In this document: in pieces, positions 40,507 through 42,561 of the stretch
Position numbering within the stretch: position 1 is the first letter of the stretch
Layout of the letters: the number at the start of each line of letters is the position of its first letter
Virus record (IMG/VR): IMGVR_UViG_3300033076_000640
Coordinates: 1 to 42,561 of that record
DNA length: 42,561 nucleotides
DNA from: a virus
Taxonomy: Duplodnaviria > Caudoviricetes
Direction: 5' to 3' (one strand)
Translations under genes and position numbers: made by a program
Notes under the pieces: model-generated
Seen by the model: the letters and a program-made list of their open reading frames with translations, nothing else
Databases searched by the model: none
Told to the model about the DNA's origin: nothing

Positions 40507-41256
40507 ATGACCCCCCTCTTCACCTCTCCCGCGCATCCCGCGCGTGAGACCCCCGGCGCGGTGACCTCCCCCGTGGCCGCGTCGGGGGTGACGAAAACTG
40601 TCGTCGGCTGGACGCTGCAGCAGGACGACCTGCTCCGGAAAGCCGTCCGCGAAGGTCTCCCGCCGCAGCATGTCGCCGACGTCACCGGCAAGTCGCGGAC
40701 CGCGGTCTATGCGCGCGCCGACCAGCTGGGGCTGTCGTGGCGGGCGGAAGAGAACCGCAAGATCATCGAGGCACTGCGTGAGGGCCTGACGTACAAGGGC
40801 ATCGCGCGCAAGCTGAAGACCACGACGGCGCGGATCCGGCGCCTGATCGCGGCCGACGATGATGCGCAGCGGGCGGATGCGGACGGGGCGGGGCGGCGCG
40901 AGAAGGCCCGCGGCGCGGCGTGGGTGACCGCCGTCAAGAACGCGCAGGCGGCGACACGAGCCAAGCATGCGGACAAGCCGAAGCCTGAGCGCAAGCCTCG
41001 CGCGATCGGCAACCGCAAGGCGCGGGGCACGAACTATCCGACCAACATCGGGTTCACGCCGGAACTGGACGGCTCGCTGGCTGCGATGGCGTGCCGGCAC
41101 CTGCAGCCGATCTTCAAGCCGGTCTATCACCGCGTCGTGCTCGGTCGCGTGTTCGCCGGGACATACCAGGTCGGGACGAAGGTGCTGTCGACGCGCGAGA
41201 TGATCGCGCTGGCTGAGAAGCATGGGTTTGCGGCTGGGTTCGGGGTGGCGGCGTGA
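40507..41256 (+). CDS. GcrA-like N-terminal HTH protein with a second HTH
   Basis: WTLQQDDLLRKAVREGL...VADVTGKSRTAVYARADQLGL; second EGLTYKGIARKL HTH. Confidence 0.6.
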   Translation: MTPLFTSPAHPARETPGAVTSPVAASGVTKTVVGWTLQQDDLLRKAVREGLPPQHVADVTGKSRTAVYARADQLGLSWRAEENRKIIEALREGLTYKGIARKLKTTTARIRRLIAADDDAQRADADGAGRREKARGAAWVTAVKNAQAATRAKHADKPKPERKPRAIGNRKARGTNYPTNIGFTPELDGSLAAMACRHLQPIFKPVYHRVVLGRVFAGTYQVGTKVLSTREMIALAEKHGFAAGFGVAA

Positions 41257-41582
41257 GTGAGCCGATACCAAACTGCCGGATTCGCGGCGACGGCGTCCGG
41301 ATTGTTTATCGGGAAGGCGATGGCCCCGCGACGGACGACTGGGGCACGATCGTCCTGCCGCTGACCAACTACACGATCGTCCCAACCGAGACTTGGGACA
41401 AGCTGCGGACGCTCGCAGAGGCGAAGTCCGACGAGCTGGCCCGCATGGTACTCGCGTCGGCTCGTCGGCCGCCTCCATCGGTCAATGGGCGAGAGCGGTT
41501 GGCTCTCCGCGCGCTGATCTGGGGCTTGTGGGTGCTGTTCGTTGCGCAGGTCACGTGGTTGGCGACGAGGCTGGCCGCGTGA
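41253..41582 (+). CDS. Hypothetical protein with C-terminal TM
   Basis: GTGA coupling; hydrophobic C-terminus. Confidence 0.6.
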   Translation: MSEPIPNCRIRGDGVRIVYREGDGPATDDWGTIVLPLTNYTIVPTETWDKLRTLAEAKSDELARMVLASARRPPPSVNGRERLALRALIWGLWVLFVAQVTWLATRLAA

Positions 41583-41989
41583 CCGCGCACTCGTTCCCCT
41601 TCTCCTACCAGCCCCCACGCGAGGCCGAACCCGGCACCGAAGCCCAGATCCAAGCGCGCCTCATCGCGGCGCTGCGGCTGCGTGCGCCGTCGGTGCGCGT
41701 GGTCTCGGTGCCGAACGAGGGTCTGCGGTCGGTCGGTGCTGCGGCGCGGTTGCGGGCGACCGGCATGCGCGCGGGGTTTCCGGACCTGATCGTGCTCGGG
41801 CCGGACGGGCGGTGCGCGTTCCTCGAGATGAAGGCGCGCGGCGGCTCGCTGTCGAAAGAGCAGGTCGGGTGGTGTTTCTGGCTCGCTCAGATGGGCTTTC
41901 CGGTGGCGGTGTTCCGTGACCACATGGCGGCCTGCGAGTGGCTGCGGTCGCTGGGGTTTCCGGTGCTGGCGGCGCGGGTGGCGGCGTGA
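41579..41989 (+). CDS. VRR-NUC nuclease / Holliday junction resolvase-like
   Basis: EAQIQ, VPNEG, GMRAGFPDL, FLEMK..GGSLSKEQ. Confidence 0.88.
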   Translation: MTAHSFPFSYQPPREAEPGTEAQIQARLIAALRLRAPSVRVVSVPNEGLRSVGAAARLRATGMRAGFPDLIVLGPDGRCAFLEMKARGGSLSKEQVGWCFWLAQMGFPVAVFRDHMAACEWLRSLGFPVLAARVAA

Positions 41990-42561
41990 GGTTCGGCTCG
42001 GTCTGCAGCGGCATTGAAGCCGCCTCGGTCGCATGGGAGCCGCTCGGCTGGCGCGCGTCGTTCCTTTCCGAGATCGACGCCTTCCCGCGCGCGGTGCTCG
42101 CGCATCGCTTCCCGGCCGTGCCGCTGCACGGCGATTTCACCACGATCGAGGCCGGTCAATATGACGCAATCGACGTTCTCGTGGGGGGAACCCCCTGCCA
42201 AGATTTCAGCGTCGCCGGAAAGCGCGAGGGCGTGGGCGGCGAGCGTGGCGGGCTCACGTTCGAATTTGCTCGCCTTGCTCGCCGGCTCGGGCCCGGCTGG
42301 CTGGTTTGGGAGAACGTCCCCGGCGTCTTCTCGCTTAACGGGGGCCGAGATTTCGGGGCCGTGCTCGCCTGCTTCGCCGGATATCCCGACGGCTCGATCT
42401 TCGAACCGCCGGCGGACGGCTGGCGCAACGCCGGAGTCGTCCAGCCTGCCGGTCCCGACGGTTACGGGCTCGCGTGGCGAGTGCTTGACGCTCAGTTCTT
42501 CGGAGTTCCACAGCGGCGCCGTCGCGTCTTCGTTATCGGATATCTTGGAGACTGGCGACCA
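41986..42561 (+). CDS. DNA (cytosine-5)-methyltransferase, N-terminal part (continues at 1)
   Basis: Motif I (SVCSGIEA), motif IV (GGTPCQDFS), motif VI (WENVPG); in frame with 1-924. Confidence 0.93.
   Translation, partial: MRFGSVCSGIEAASVAWEPLGWRASFLSEIDAFPRAVLAHRFPAVPLHGDFTTIEAGQYDAIDVLVGGTPCQDFSVAGKREGVGGERGGLTFEFARLARRLGPGWLVWENVPGVFSLNGGRDFGAVLACFAGYPDGSIFEPPADGWRNAGVVQPAGPDGYGLAWRVLDAQFFGVPQRRRRVFVIGYLGDWRP
42161..42561 (+). CDS. N-terminal part of the +1-frame ORF nested in the methyltransferase gene
   Basis: ATG 42161 with GAGG upstream; no stop to the window end; continues to 259 (about 192 aa in total). Confidence 0.55.
   Translation, partial: MTQSTFSWGEPPAKISASPESARAWAASVAGSRSNLLALLAGSGPAGWFGRTSPASSRLTGAEISGPCSPASPDIPTARSSNRRRTAGATPESSSLPVPTVTGSRGECLTLSSSEFHSGAVASSLSDILETGD
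42481..42561 (+). repeat. Terminal direct repeat copy 2
   Basis: Matches 1-81 except at two positions. Confidence 0.95.

Larger units (their letters stand above)
1..42561. mobile_element. Temperate P22-like podophage genome, excised/circular form, alphaproteobacterial host
   Basis: Terminase, portal, capsid, P22-like tail/ejection, lysis, integrase and immunity genes are all present. There is a single intact attP, and an 81-bp terminal overlap closes the circle in frame within the methyltransferase gene. Confidence 0.93.

Noticed and set aside
39457-41478. 673-aa minus-strand ORF and similar long antisense ORFs (8439-9689, 21183-22706, 6100-7254, 12821-13894)
   Set aside because: Arg/Ala/Pro-rich shadow frames opposite well-supported genes in high-GC DNA; no recognisable motifs.
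42481-42561. Physical terminal repeat of the virion DNA
   Set aside because: It falls mid-gene and far from terS, so it is more simply an assembly overlap; packaging ends cannot be determined from this sequence.

Overview
The window is an apparently complete, circularly permuted genome of a temperate P22-like (podovirus-type) phage. The unit length is about 42,480 bp: bases 42481-42561 repeat bases 1-81 with 2 mismatches. The host is inferred to be an alphaproteobacterium, possibly a sphingomonad, from a GapR homologue, GAAC-N7-GAAC LexA-type boxes and an attP equal to the 3' half of tRNA-Val(TAC). Modules in order: DNA modification and replication (C5-methyltransferase, TGT/DpdA-like protein, D5/P4-type SF3 helicase, iteron-like origin); packaging and head (TerS, TerL, portal, GroES, scaffold, decoration protein, MCP); a free-standing LAGLIDADG endonuclease; P22-like tail and ejection genes plus a tailspike; lysis; attP and tyrosine integrase; a leftward early operon (PAPS-reductase-like, GapR, YqaJ exonuclease); the immunity region; and a rightward early operon (Cro, CII-like, ParB-like, GP88-like, GcrA-like, VRR-NUC). 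Most notable observations: (1) a repressor with no autocleavage domain whose 3' end is overlapped in antisense by a Cys-rich ORF with a LexA box on its start, plus LexA boxes in both attP arms; (2) a structured 5' leader motif present twice before virion genes; (3) synonymous recoding of the MCP 3' end next to the homing endonuclease; (4) a dispersed set of candidate DNA-modification enzymes; (5) a +1-frame ORF nested in the methyltransferase gene. All family calls come from motif recognition by eye; no database searches were run.
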